The notes below the pieces were generated by a model. The model did no database searches, had not been told where the DNA came from, and saw nothing but the letters and a program-made list of their open reading frames with translations. Of a stretch of DNA of 64,000 bases, positions 49,207 through 62,485 are shown piece after piece (within the stretch, counting starts at the first letter, position 1; the number at the start of each line of letters is the position of its first letter). The position numbers and the translations under genes are program-made. Source of the DNA: Sphyrna mokarran (taxonomy: Eukaryota); the NCBI GenBank assembly GCA_024679065.1, contig JAGIQG010000011.1, forward strand, positions 55,552,001-55,616,000, read 5' to 3'.

Positions 49207-50895
49207 TAAAACTGGCTACTAACGATGAAGTAAAAAATATTTCTCAATGGGTATGCTGAGAACTTAAATTTTTAATAAAAGGTCAGGCGAAACACAAACA
49301 TTATATCACACATAGGTATTTGTAATGAATTCACAAATCGGAGTTAGGATTGAGATTCTGATCTTGATGGTACTGACATTCTATTTAATTTCACACTTTC
49401 AGCTTGAGCTTTGTGATAGCCAAACGATTTCAGTGACTGATGAATCATCTTTGTCAGCCTCTTGACAAAGTGGTAAGCCTACAGGAAGCTGAGCATTCTT
49501 TGTCTTGATCATTCTGCTCATAATGTTCTGAACCATCATTTTTCAGAATGAAGCAAGTGCACTTGCAGACTAGGAAAACACTTCAGATTCCAGAACTGCC
49601 ACCTCTCATTACTCAGAGGTTGTCTTTGACAAAAGCTGTTATACATGATTTGGGTTGACTTGCGCTTGACGACAAATTGAATATTTGTTGCCCTTGGATA
49701 TTTTAGAACTGTGTTGCTGCAGTGGTTTAGTAGCTACTGGTGTTCTCAATTTTGCGGGAAGCTTTGACTTTTTTTAAAACTTGGATGGCCCTTTTCATTT
49801 GACAAATTATTGTTGCACTGAATGTTGACATATTGCTTTTTTGATGTGCTACCTCAATGTGTCCAGCAAAGGCGTTTGTCAAAAAATGACTGTTGGCAAA
49901 TTAATAAACGAATGCTTAGCATGTTCGTATGATATCCCTCTGTCCATTATTTTAACACAGGCATCGATTCATTTGTTTTACACATTTTGACAATCTTTCA
50001 AAACAAGTGAAAGGAATTTCATTCAAACTTCTTAATTGTTCTTCTGCTCACATTAATTTCAGTCATTTCTGTGTCATATTTTCCTGTGCTTCTTTATTTT
50101 TAGAAATGAATTTTAGCTCACTTGAAAGATAGAAAGAGGAGTAGAGATAATTTGGTGACCAGCACTCCCAAGGGAAGCAGACTTCCCAGAGATTATGGGC
50201 TTAAGAATTAGCACCAGACATTTTAACTCCAACTCCAATCTGCCTTGCCATTGGTTGCAGTTTCTTCACAGGGAGTCTGAGAGCACACTAGTGAAAAGTA
50301 TGAAAAAGTTGTTAACGTCAGCAAAATCCACAGGGAGTCTTAGACTTAGATGTGTGTAAAAAGTTCCAGTGATATTATCATACTCCTGAAGCCAATTTGG
50401 TCCAGGAAAACATCTAAATGATGCAAATGCCAAAACCAGAATGAAAAATATGATCCAAGCACACATTTTTAATCATTAAAAAATGTTTGTTTCAGGATGT
50501 TGAGAAGACAACATACAACCTCCTGAGGAGCTCTAAGTGTGCTATGTGTTTACCTGTGAGTACTTAAATGGCAAGATATGTATTATTCAAACATCATGGT
50601 TTTCACGAAGCTCCAATGCAGAGGAAAAAGTAAAATACCACATGCAATAAGTCTGAAATATAACATTAGACTGTGTGATTCCCAAAGAACTTTTACCTTG
50701 TTCCAACTATTTATGCATAGCCTTTAATGTGCAAAATTTACAACATTTCCAAACTTCAGAAGAACTAAATTAATATATACATATCCGTTCACCTATAACA
50801 TCATCCAACTTCACTCCTGCCTAAGCTTATCTACTGCTGAAACTGTCAACAGCACCTTTGTTACCTTCGAGCCTTAACTATCGAAACACGAACAT

Positions 50896-52445
50896 GGGGC
50901 AGATTTTTCCATTTTGGAGACTGAAGCCAAGATTTCCCATTCCTGTTTGTATCAGGCCGGTTTGGTGGTGAAAATGCAAAATATTGAGAAGAGGCCAAAG
51001 TCACATTTTATATTGACACAGAAGCAGGAAGCGATCATCCTCTCCCCCTGTCAGAAGTGGCCCACGTTTCCCACTGTTCAACATGAAGAATTTAATTGTA
51101 ATGCATCTGCATATCATTATCAGGCCTTCATGCTGGAATCATAGCCCCACATTAGAAACTGAAACTCAACCACATTGCTTTGGCTCTGGAGTCCATGATA
51201 GCTAGACCAGATAAGGATGACAGATTTCCTTCCCCAAAGATATTAACGAACCAGATGGGCTTTTTTGACAATCGACAATGGTTTTGTGGTCATCAGTAGA
51301 ATCTTAATTCTAGATTTTTTTTAAATTGAATTCAAATCCCACCATCTGCCATGGTGGGATTCAAAACTGGGTCCCCAGAACATTAGGTGATTTTCAGGAC
51401 AAATTGCCTAATGACAATACTACTTTAACAGTGCAATGCATAGCTGGGCTTAGAAGACATGCACTTATTGAGCAAAACACCAAAGAAACTCAGACCCTTG
51501 GTGGGGAGGTGGGGGTGCGGAGAATAGCGTAATGCCAGAGGTGCAAGAGTAATGTCAGGATGCCAGTGTGGTGCCGGGGGTGCAAAAAGGTGAAGAATGT
51601 TTTCTGGTGTACTCACCGTAGCAGCTTTGGGGGAAGCTTTGGGTCAGTGTCAGGTACTGACAAGCATGGGCCTCTCCCCTGGACTGTGCTCACCTGTGTG
51701 CCTCTGGTGGGTTTTGTTCACCAGATGCCCATTATGGTGATCCTCTCATGAATGTCCAATCAGTGGAAACACTTGCAGGGTGATCTTACCAGCTCATCAC
51801 ACTGGTAAATCAGCATGGCAAGCCGGTAGGATTGTGAGAGAGGTGAAAAATCGGATATACGCCTAGTTTCTCGCCCTTCGTGAGTTTACAACTCTGGATT
51901 GCTGGCGTGATTTCAATATTTAAACCTTTATTTAAATATTATTAGTGAACCATGGACTAATTGACCAGGTTCACTTATTTTAATGGCCTCAGCAAAGGTG
52001 TAGGCTTTGGGCGGGGAGGGGAGGTTACATACTCTGCACGTTGAGGGGGAGGGGGCGGTTGTTCAGGCCAGTGATCAAATGGGCTGGAAGAGGGTAGGGT
52101 CATGATTGGCCAGGGTGTGTATTGGGGTGTTGATCAGCTAGGTGGTGGGGTGTTATCAGGGCGATATCCGGAGAGTTGAGGGGGGCAGAATCAGTCAAAC
52201 TGGGGTGGGTGATCGACCAAGGATTGGCTATGGCTGGGAGGTTTGGGGGGTGCAATCAGCTGGGGTGGGTATTGGGGTGCTGAATGGCCAGGGGTGTGGA
52301 GGTTTGTTAGGGCGATATCCAGGAAAATGTGGGGGTAGAGGGGCAATCGGCCAGTGGATGCGATCAGTGGAGCATCCAAGCACGCTCCAGGTCCCCAACT
52401 CTTCAAGGAGGTGGGGGGTGGAGGTGACATTTGACACCCAAAGGG
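50896..52445. mobile_element. Composite of Harbinger-type TIR element remnants with a nested SINE
   Basis: GGGGCAGATTTTTCC start and a G-rich core at 52010-52430. Confidence 0.45.
51160..51425 (-). mobile_element. SacSINE1/DeuSINE-like SINE
   Basis: Aligns with 6700-6950. Confidence 0.8.
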
Positions 52446-52499
52446 AATAGTCAGGCACTCTAGGGTAGTGGGAGAGTGTAGTTGCATGGGTGCATCCAC

Positions 52500-52858
52500 C
52501 CAAGGAATTTAAGAATTCCAAAAGATGCGCAGTACCAAGGCTCCTTCACAGTACCCTCCAAACCCCAGCCTGTATCATCTGGAAGGACAAAGGCAATAGA
52601 TACATGGGAACACCATCACTTCCCCTCCAAACCAAACAGCATCCTGAGCTGGAATTATATTGGTTGTCCCTTCACTGTCTCTGCGTTAAAATTCAGGTTC
52701 TCCCTTCCTATCAGCATCTTGGAGGTACCGATACTACATGAGCTGTTGCGGTTCAAGTAGACAGCTCACCACCAGCTTCTAAAGGGCAATTAGAGATGGG
52801 CAATAAATGTTGGCCTAGCCAGTGATCCCCGAATGCTGTGAATGAATAAATAAATAAA
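52500..52858 (+). mobile_element. CR1-like 3' end (subfamily of 45140-46080)
   Basis: Tail aagggcaattagagatgggcaataaatgttggcctagccag...tgaatgaataaataaa. Confidence 0.85.
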
Positions 52859-55800
52859 ACATTTTATCACCGCATAGTGGATTTTTTTGTGGCAAAATTT
52901 ATTTGAACTTTTTCTTCACTAAGTAAATTGTAGGCTATCTATCTGCAATTCGGTTTCTGAGTCAGAGTTAACAATTGTTTACAATTTCAAAAAAAAATCT
53001 TCCTCCCAGTACACGTTGACTTTCTTCTTCCCCCAATTTTGTCAGATCTCCTAGGAACACCTTCAGTTCTCCTCCAAATCAGGCTGCCACTTTTCTCCTT
53101 CTTCTGTTTAAGGTGATACGTTTTTCTTTCGCCACCCTAGTGTGTGTCATCTTCTACTTCTCTTTCTCAGCTGAAGCTGGCATTCTTCTATCCTTTCTCC
53201 TTTCAGTTCACATCAAACTCCTTCTCTCCTTCCCTACAGTTTACATTTTATTAAACTCCCACTGCATTTAATTTCAAAAGTCTTCTTTTCCTCTCTTCCT
53301 CCCTGTTGTCCTCATTGTTCTTATCATTTGCTGCTGATCAAATGAAACAGACTCAGTCGTTCACTTGAAGTGGGAGTGCTTAATTTCACAAGGCTGGAGA
53401 AATTCTCACTCATCCCTTGCCCCACACCCACCTCTCCACCACTTCAGGTGATGAAGTTTATTTCATCCTTTATTGCTGGTTGATGGGTCACTGTTATCCT
53501 ACACAGTTACTGTCATTCACCTTCAGTTTCAGTACGCACTAAAGTTCAGGCCCTAAGTTAAGTGACAGAAGCACAATTTAAGAGCTGGGCTTGGAACAAT
53601 GGCTTGATGGGTGACCTCTATGAAGTTCAGCAATTGAAGTTCACTGTTTGAATTTTGGCTGCAAACACTGACACGTAGACACCAGGTCCAAAACACTGTC
53701 TCTTCATGTAAAACACGTAGATAAGGAGGGCGTCATCTACACAGTGCTGACAGTACATATCTGATAGCATTTGACATTCTTGGCCAACCTCCTTTGATTC
53801 TACCCATCCTCATCTATTATGCCTAGTGGCAGTGGAGTACTGAAAGGAATCCCCATCACTGAGTACCATCTGCCAGCAAAAAATGATTGACAGTGTGGCT
53901 GTAAATTTTCGATTCCCAATCCACATGAACTTGGCCAGGTTTGACCACTCATTTCCCATGGGTAATGATTAGCACATTGTACATGTGGGAATGAGCACAA
54001 CAGCTTTGCAAAAATCCCTCTACAATAATGACCAGCTTTGCATGGGAATAACCTCAACACAGTTTGAATGCTGAAGCACATTGCTCACTGAAAAGTCACG
54101 CAGCATTTTTATAGCAGGCGCGAAATGCAGAAACTTAAACTGCTAATTTTTCACATCCCACCTACACAATTGCTGTTGGTACAAAGCAGCACTTCCTATA
54201 CTTACATCTGAGTTTTCAAATAGAAGCATAGATTTTATACTCTTATTACTGCATGGAATTACAATACATGTTACATTTTATAAGATAATCAACTTAATGC
54301 AATTTAAATTAGGAACTAAATATCCTGATGTTTGAAACTAATTGATCAAATATTTTTATAAAAATAAAACTGAAATTCACATTGTTGATATGAAAGATAA
54401 CACTTCAACATTAATAACCTTCTAATTTATTCTGCATTTTTGTAGGATTTTCCTATATCTTTTAGATGGGCTTTCGGAATGGTATAACCCACCAATTACA
54501 CAGATTGTACATATTTAGTTTTGACAGTTTATAAGAGAGCGATTTGTTTTTATGTTATAAATAATACATACCATCTTACTGATTAAACATAAAATATTAT
54601 TTTTCCCCCTGACCCCTTGTATGTACACATGGTCCCTTCTACTTCACTGCCTTAATATGAACATGCTAAAGTCTATTACTGATTCCATTGTCTGAGGGCC
54701 ACTCAGCTGGAAATGAAACATGAATTTCCTCTGCTTTGACAGCTGCACAATATATGAAGAAACAATATGTGGCATATTCAAGGAATGAATGCACTTCAAA
54801 GCAAGCAATCATCTTCCCCTGATGTGTTAACATTTTACAGGACTCAGTCAGGCTGAAATAGATTCCAATCTGCAAATTCAAATCATTGTGGAGGTTGGCT
54901 GCAACCACATTTACACTGACATCATTTGTTCCTGACCAGCTGCTTTGGTGGGGAAACCCTTCCTTTGTCAAGCTTGATTTCCCAGGAGAAAGGGGCTTAT
55001 ACACAGTTAGGCCCAACAGTGACAGGCAAATAATTGAACATTTGGATATGTATATATAAAGTGACACTATGATTATTTATAGGAAGTGAAGCAATTAAAA
55101 AGACTGGCAATTGAAGTGCTACTTGTCTTTGAACAACTGACTCCATTGCAATTTATTCTTACAGCCCAAGTTACACACAAAAAACACAACTGTTGTACAT
55201 TTCTCCATGTTGTACCCCTTTATTCAATTTTTAAAGGCAGCTTTGCGTTTTGAAAATATTTCACAGATGATAGATTTGTTGCAAACAGCACAAGATAAAC
55301 CTTTGACATTTTGGAAGCAGTAGAAAATAAAGGAGTTCAATATTAAAGCTCAGAACAGTACAATGGGAGGATTTAGACTGTGCTTACTGATCTTGCATTG
55401 GGTGCCAATGATGGAAATATTCAGAAAGTGAAGTACCGGTACCCCTCACTTTAATAAGTATTCATCAAAAATATACATTTGAATTGTTCAGAGGAAGCAG
55501 GGTATCAGATGCCGTTTTGATGGAAATTTTTTAAATGGAAATCTTGGGGCTCCTAGACAGAAAATGGTTGATTTGTATTTGTACATAAATGTTTCTAAAA
55601 ATAGTAACTGCTGCTTATTAAATAGTCTGCCATCTGTTCCAATTAGAGCAGGAATGTTGTACAAATAATCATTGAATATGAAATTCCTGTCAGCGTCTAG
55701 AAAGATCTAGCTGCACCATACAATAAAACTTAAATACAGAACATATCAGGACTGACAGCGGTGAACTTTACCTGCAGAAGTGTCACTGGAGATAGGATTG

Positions 55801-56789
55801 CCATCTGAAATACAATTGAACTACATTTGTTGAAAGCAGCATGGTTAGTGAAAATTCAAGAACAGTAACATGTAGCAAGATATATACTGATCAAAGACAT
55901 TTTGTTCTATTAACCTTGACAAATGTTTAAGGCTCGTAAAGTACCTTGTGAATCCATAATCATTTCTCTTCAGCCGTAAGATTCATCCTATTATTGCATC
56001 AAATAGAGATAATTTTTACTTACCTTTTCAACTGACCTCCACCAAGCAACTCTGACCACTCCTCTGGCCTTCCAGTGTTGCACAACGTTATAGATGTTTA
56101 CATTTTTGCCACACAAAGAGCTATGAAGTATGTACATTGGGGAAACATAGATAAACGAGATTCTGGCCACAACCAGGAATCAAAGCTCATTTCTTTCACT
56201 GCTATGATACTCCTGTAGTAAGGAAGCTCTCAAAACTCTTATGCAGACACAAATATAATCACTAAAATAGCCAGGAGACTCTGAACCTGTGACTTGTGTG
56301 ACATTGAAGGTGGATTCTCCAGCATTGTAGTACAGGACTGTCATCCACAATGGCTCTAAATCTTGAAAAGAACCTTGGGGAGTTTTTGTCTTCTTATCAG
56401 CTGGACTGGGCATGTTTGCTCCTACAGGCGACCTGGATCGACTGGGTCATGTTATTCATTGTAATCCATTATTCCATGTGGAGAGGCTTGTTTGTACATA
56501 GAGCTGAATCTCTCCCCTTTTTCAGTGTTAGAACTTCCAATGAGACTGTCCTTATCAAGTGTAAAAGAAAGATGTGCAATCCCAGAAAATCACTTATCAG
56601 TTCTGACAAAATTGTTTCTCTTAAAGGATTATATCCTTTAAAAATAAGTTTGTGCAAATTCAGCTTGATTTTTCTTTTTAGGTAACATTTTGCAGCTGTG
56701 TTGAGAAATTCATCCTATTCTTTGGCAAAATTATTTTGAAAGATTGATTTGAATTTGAGGATCATTTTCTGTGGATTTCTGCTTTCTGT

Positions 56790-58730
56790 CATGTGTGAAC
56801 ACCGTGGAAAAATACAACAATTTATTTAATTCAGAAGGAGGCTGTTCTGCCCACTGTTTTCCTGCCAGCTCTTTAAATAGTTCATCTAACTGCTGTGTTC
56901 TGTGTCAATATTTTTTTCTTATATATACACAAATATCTAATTACCTTTTGAAATATACCTTTGGAATTGCTTGCTGAACCCGGAACTACACTAATTTGTT
57001 GCATTAGAATAATCTTCCGTACTTTCCGTCTGCCATTTTTGCTAATTATAATAAATCTGCACCCAATGCTAACTGACCCTTCTGAAGCTAGAAAGGGTTT
57101 CTCCCACTCTACTCTCAAAACTGTTCAAAATTTTGAACAACTTTACTTAATCTTAATATTTCCTGTTCTAAAGAGAGCATTCACGGAATGTTTAGTCTCT
57201 TCACATCACTGTAATTCTGCATTATGATACTATTCTGATAAATCTCCTCTGCCCTCTCTCTGAGTCCTTGGCAATTTTGTTCAAGTGTGGTGTATTGGAC
57301 ACAATAATCTAGCTGAACCAGAGCCAACCTTTAAATTTACAAATATTCAATCTAACGTTCTTTGCTTTTATACTTTATGGGCAGTATTTTACAAGATTTT
57401 TTTTTCTAAATGTCCAACTGGCATGAAAATGGGATTTGGTTTTTGGGTGAGTTTTCACTCCTAATCTTATGCGCTCAGCGGCAGGGTCCAGGTGATGGCT
57501 GAGTCACAGCAGGCCACAGCAGAGTCTCAAAGGGACATGGCTGAATCACAGTAGACCACAACTGAGGACCTCAACAGGCTTACTGAGATTCTGCAGCTCA
57601 TGGCTAAAAGGCTTGAGAGCTTGCAGGAGACCCAGCAGGATAGTGCTGAAACACAGTGGGCTTTGGCTGCAGCCTTTGAGAATATTGCCCACTCACAGAG
57701 AGTCATGGCTCAAGAACTACAGAGTGTGGTCCAGTCTCAAAAGGCATTTGTTTCTGCCACTTACAAGTGGCCCCTGACTCAGAGAAGGGCCATCGCTGAG
57801 GGCATGCCTAACATGGCAAGAAAGCAGGTGATCCTCCAGGACTGGCAGGACCAGGTGACGTTGGGTCACAGGAGAAAGAAGAGCTCAAGCCTGTGTTAGG
57901 CCTTCCAATCAGCAGACTGTGGCTGTGGCTACAGCTTTTGGCTCCCCCTTTCCTGACACAAGAGCATCTCAGGGGCAGCCGGATGAAGAGGGTGTCATGA
58001 ATACACCCTTGACACAGCTGTAGCAAATGAGGTGGTTAAGGTAGATGAACTGGAACAATTGCGAGTGAAGCTCGCTAATTACATTGTGACGAATGTTTAA
58101 AAAATGCAAATTGACATTTCCACTCATTTTGGGTGGGCTCCCAATTGTGCCTTTTTTTGTGGTAAAATGGGAATGGCGCGAAGATGGGCACTATTCCCAT
58201 GAGGCAATTCATGCCCGATTTTATGACATTTTCTCACCACAAAACAGGCGCGATGAAGTTGTAAAATTCCATCCCAAATGTTGAATCTAACATTTTTGCT
58301 TTGATGCTTTATGCTTCTATTTACAAAACCAAGAATTCTGCATGCTGTTTAAGAACCTTACAAATTTATGCTGCTCTCTTCAAAAATTTGCGTATGTTAA
58401 CCCCCAGGTTTTTGTGCTCCTTTATCCATTTTAAAATTACAGCATTCCATTTATATTGCCTCTCCTTACGTTTTCTTCCATGAAGGATGACTTAACGCTT
58501 CTCTGTGCTCAATTTTATCTACCATGAGTCTACTAATTTCTCCAACCTGCCCATGTCTTTCTGAAGGCTGTTATTACCTTCATCAATTATTACAATTTCC
58601 AACTTCATAATATATGCATACTTTGAAATTATGCCCCCAATACCCAGGTCTAGGTCAATGGTACTTATGAAAAAGAGCAGTCATTGCAATACTGGCCACT
58701 GGGTTTACGACTGTACATGCTTTGCAGTTT
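56790..58730 (-). mobile_element. Old CR1 remnant interrupted by a TIR element
   Basis: Reverse-complement CR1 RT features (tgcatactttgaaatt reads ISKYA, and ggtctaggtcaatg) are present on both sides of the insertion. Confidence 0.6.
57378..58276. mobile_element. Harbinger-type TIR element carrying a heptad-repeat coding fragment (about 57480-57899, plus strand)
   Basis: TIRs GGGCAGTATTTTACAA / TTGTAAAATTCCATCCC. Internal ~21-nt periodic units (atggctgagtcacagcaggcc-like) encode coiled-coil-like MAESQQATAESQRDMAESQ and MAKRLESLQETQQDSAETQ. Confidence 0.7.
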
Positions 58731-58767
58731 AAGAATCAAATTATAAAATAAATATATACACACACCA

Positions 58768-58941
58768 AAACCTTACCCCCAGTCCTTGCAGGTGGGATCT
58801 TATGGTCCTGCTAATGGTGCACCCCTGTCACGGATTTCCCAGTGGCAAAGTGTGTATTCAATGGGATACCCCGTTGAAAACAGCAGGACCATAAGACTCC
58901 ACCACCAGCGAAACACGCTGCGGAGTCGGAGAAAAGTCCCA
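58768..58941. mobile_element. MITE (family of 28940-29130)
   Basis: Internal palindrome TCTTATGGTCCTGCT / AGCAGGACCATAAGA and terminus ggagaaaagtccc. Confidence 0.7.
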
Positions 58942-60560
58942 TATAGTTTCTATCGATGAGTTCCCTGATGTTCACATGGACTACAATAAATAATAGTTAT
59001 ACAGTAAAGTTAGGCATGATGGTAGGAACAGGTAGGAAACATTTTATTTTCCAATTTTGACTTTGGTTTCCTTAAAATGTTGCCTTTTCCAAGCAACACT
59101 TCTAAATACTGATAACTGCTGCCAGTTTCCCTGGACAGTCAGATGATATACATGCACCTTTAACACTAGACAAGTGATGGCAGGACAGAAAAGTCCCTCT
59201 CAGCCTTGCTGGAGAACCCGAATTCGATCATTCTTTCGAGCTTCACTATATGTACAGGCTGTACTAGATCAGCAGGTAGATGTAAAAACAACTTACATTT
59301 GTGTAGCAGTGCTTCCAGTCATAAGTGACAGCTGTTAGCTGGAATGAAGATGGGTATTCATCTGGGATAGGTATTCATAGAGGAGCGCTTTGTCGCTTAT
59401 TCCCAGTCAGTCTCAATTAGTATGTACTTGCACAGATGGCGGTCACTTGCCAAGCAGACTGGTGGGAAATTAATTGCTAGACACAGAAAAAAGCTTGAAT
59501 CTGGGGACAATTCCTTCTTCTGTGTATCGACATTGCCTTTTTAAAAGGCAAAAGCATATCCGAAAGTCAGGTTTTTGAAACAGTCTAAATACATAGCTGT
59601 GCATATCATACCCTTTGATTCAATACCAATATGGTAAAATTTTACCAGTTAGAAGATGTGGTGAGAAGTAACTGTCTTACTCCACTATGAGTAGCTGTAA
59701 CACTGAAAATATACAGTCAGTTGGTCTAACAAAGATTGGAAAATTATGGCCAATGGTACCGTAATTTCCACTGTTAATTTATCAGAGTTCAATTAGCATC
59801 TAATTTCATGCCTGATGATGTCACAGTGAAACATATTTAGCCAAGCAACGTAAAACATCTGCCTTCCCCGCTTCCAAAGTTGTCCGCATTTTCCATGATG
59901 AAAACATATGGGTTAGAATTTTACTGCCTTATCTGCCCCAGAATCCTGAGTGAGGTTGTAAAATATCAGCCATGGGGTGCAAAATGCACCTATGCAGTGA
60001 CTAGTTATCCAGTGCCACAGACGGTAGCTTGTTTCCAAGATGGCATCTACACTGTGCAATTGTACAATGCACACACACCTGTGCTGGTTGCATAGAGGAC
60101 ATTTTGGTGAGAACATTTAACATACAAACCATCCTGACTTGTAAATTTACCACCACTCCTCCTCATATCAATCATCAGAAAAATGTTGGAATCTATCATT
60201 AAGGATGTCCTGATAATGCTGTTAGAAAAACAGAGTATGATTAGGAATAGTCAATGTGATTTTACAAAAGGAAGATCCTGTTTGACAAATTTAGTTTATT
60301 GAGGGTGTAACTAGTAGGGTATATAAAGAAGAGACAGGGAATGTTGTATACTTGGATTTCCAAAGAGCATTTGACAAGTTGTCTTGCAAAAGATTAATAC
60401 ATAAGATGGAGTTAGAGATTATATGATAGCATAGACAGAGGATTGGTTAACGGGCAGGAAGCAAAGAGTAGAGATAAATTGGGAATTTTCAAATTGATAG
60501 GCAGTGAATAGTGGATTGCTGCAAGGATTAGTGCTGGGTTCCCAGCTATTTAAAATCTAG

Positions 60561-61452
60561 GGCCACAATTCTCCCATCGTGACCCACAACTTCTCTGGTG
60601 GGTAGGGGTGGGAGATGCGGATCGCTGGCCTTGTACTGGGATTTGCACATGTGTTGGGAACACATGCGCATCTCCTAGATCTGGCAAACAGTCGCCAGTC
60701 AGGCCACACTGGAAACTGGCAGAAAGGCGGGTAAGTAATTTGAATCTTTTTAAAATATAGTTTAAGTACGTTGAGCAGGTCATGATCGGGAATTTTCAGG
60801 TCCCGATTGAATCTCCCATCCCGTTAGGAATATTTTACTTTGGTGGGGTTCAGACTAACTCCCCATGTTTGTGGAATGAGTGGGAGACCCCGCCGGAATG
60901 AAGGGGGGAACAATCAGGGCTCCCCAGGGAGTCGAGCAGCAGAGGGGTCCAACCCCCCAGGGCATGGGCCCCTGGCAGTGCCAGCCTGTGCCACCAGGCA
61001 TTGCCCCAGGATTAAAGTGCCCATGCCAAGGGGACACTTTGGCATTGCCCACTGGGCATCAGGCAATGCTGAGGGGTGTGGTCTGTTGGGAGGGGCCTGC
61101 TTCCGACGGGGTGTGGACTGACTCCGGGGTGGGGGGGGGAGATCAGCGGGAGGGTCTGCTGTGGTAAGCAGTCTGCTGGAGTGAGGGGGGTGGGGGAGAA
61201 TGACATTGAGTGGGGGGTGGTGCCTGGACATCGGGGCGCTCCTTGAACTCCGCATGTGCAGAATTCCAGAACTGTCAGACTCTGGCGCGAATAGACCCCG
61301 TCTCCCCCACGCTGGGGGTTTTTAATGAGATTCAATACTGAGAATGCTGCAGTGCACAGAATGCGGAGATTCAGGTAAGAAGCTGAACTGGCAAAACAGT
61401 TGGAATTTGTGTGTTTTCCTGCCAATTCAGCACTTTTGGGAAAATCGCGGCC
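60561..61452. mobile_element. Non-autonomous PIF/Harbinger-type element with a 3-bp target-site duplication
   Basis: TIRs GGCCACAATTCTCCCA / TGGGAAAATCGCGGCC (13 of 16 match), with TAG at 60558-60560 and 61453-61455. Removing it restores the CR1. Confidence 0.88.
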
Positions 61453-61895
61453 TAGATTTGTCAACTCAGATGGGAAAATGGAAGGTAGTCACCAGCAGCA
61501 CTGCTGGATTTTCCTGCTGTATTTTTAAACACATTGCCAAAAGAAGGTGAAAGGCAAGTGACACTGGCGAAGTGCCCTCTGAATAAGCCCTGCACCCCCC
61601 AACCCCACCACCAGCAGCTTTCGTTTTTTGAATATTTGGATGCTATTATTAAAGGGTGCCCCAATTTATAAATATAGAAATCAAAACACCTTCCCTTCTC
61701 ACAAAACACACACTCCCAAATATGGAATTCCCTCCTGCAACATGGATTTCCATTTCCCCCACCACCACTGGGCACCTCCTCCCTGAAATCCCTTGATGCC
61801 CCTTCCCTATGGAATACCTGGCACTTTCCCAAAGTAACCTTCCCTCCTTTCCCTCCATGCTTATGGAACACCAGCCTCAGCACAACTTTCTGGCG

Positions 61896-61947
61896 CTGAC
61901 TCCTGACACTGCCCTCTGGCACTGATTCCTGGCACTGCCCTCTGGCA
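61896..61947 (+). repeat. 26-bp tandem duplication inside a TIR-element remnant (about 61500-61950)
   Basis: ctgactcctgacactgccctctggca followed by ctgattcctggcactgccctctggca. Confidence 0.85.
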
Positions 61948-61984
61948 GACAAGGCCTACATTTGTTACCGATCTCTCAACACCC

Positions 61985-62485
61985 TTGAAGTGAGTGGTCA
62001 TTTCAGAATGTAGTTGAAAGTCAATCACTTTCCAATCACATGGAGGCCAGATCAGGTAAGGATGGCAGACCACATAAGTTTTTCAACAAACAATGGTGGA
62101 TTTGTGAGCACCATTACTGAGCCTATAGCTGAAATTGACTGGTCATTCATGCTGGTGTGATCTTCCAGTCTTGCCAAAAGTGAGCCCCTGTAATGGGCTT
62201 CTCGGTGATGGAAACCCATTGATGGTGGCAGGACTGGAAGATCCCGTCATTAGCCAATGACAGGACACCTCCGTTGCTTCCACTGCCACAAAACATTCCG
62301 CGGGGAGGCAGCAGAAATTCTTACCCTTTAGCTTTCATTGCTAGATTTATTCATTGAATTTAAATTCCACCAGGTGCCATAATGAGTCTTGAACTTGCTG
62401 CCCCAAAGCATTAACCTGGGACTATGGATTAATAATGTCCAATATTATTACAATATTGGTACATTATTACAGTACCTCCATCTCC
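61985..62485 (-). mobile_element. SacSINE1/DeuSINE-like SINE containing a MITE at about 62130-62326
   Basis: SINE halves align with 6690-6950. The MITE has the palindrome GATCTTCCAGTCTTGCCA / TGGCAGGACTGGAAGATC and the terminus GAAATTCTTACCC. Confidence 0.72.

Noticed and set aside
52990-53335. Long pyrimidine-rich stretch as a splice acceptor or functional element
   Set aside because: It is on the non-transcribed strand of KCNH7, has no associated exon and is best explained as low complexity.
56015-56170. Strong minus-strand donor AAG|GTAAGTA at about 56017-56026 as an extra KCNH7 coding exon
   Set aside because: In the phase needed to join the 435-nt exon there is a TGA two codons before the donor, and there is no ERG similarity. 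A non-coding exon cannot be excluded without RNA data.
190-62073. The many 60-160 aa ORFs in the supplied track as independent genes
   Set aside because: Apart from the two KCNH7 exon-containing ORFs and recognisable TE fragments, they are chance frames in repeats or intron, often starting at GTG/TTG, with no recognisable protein features.
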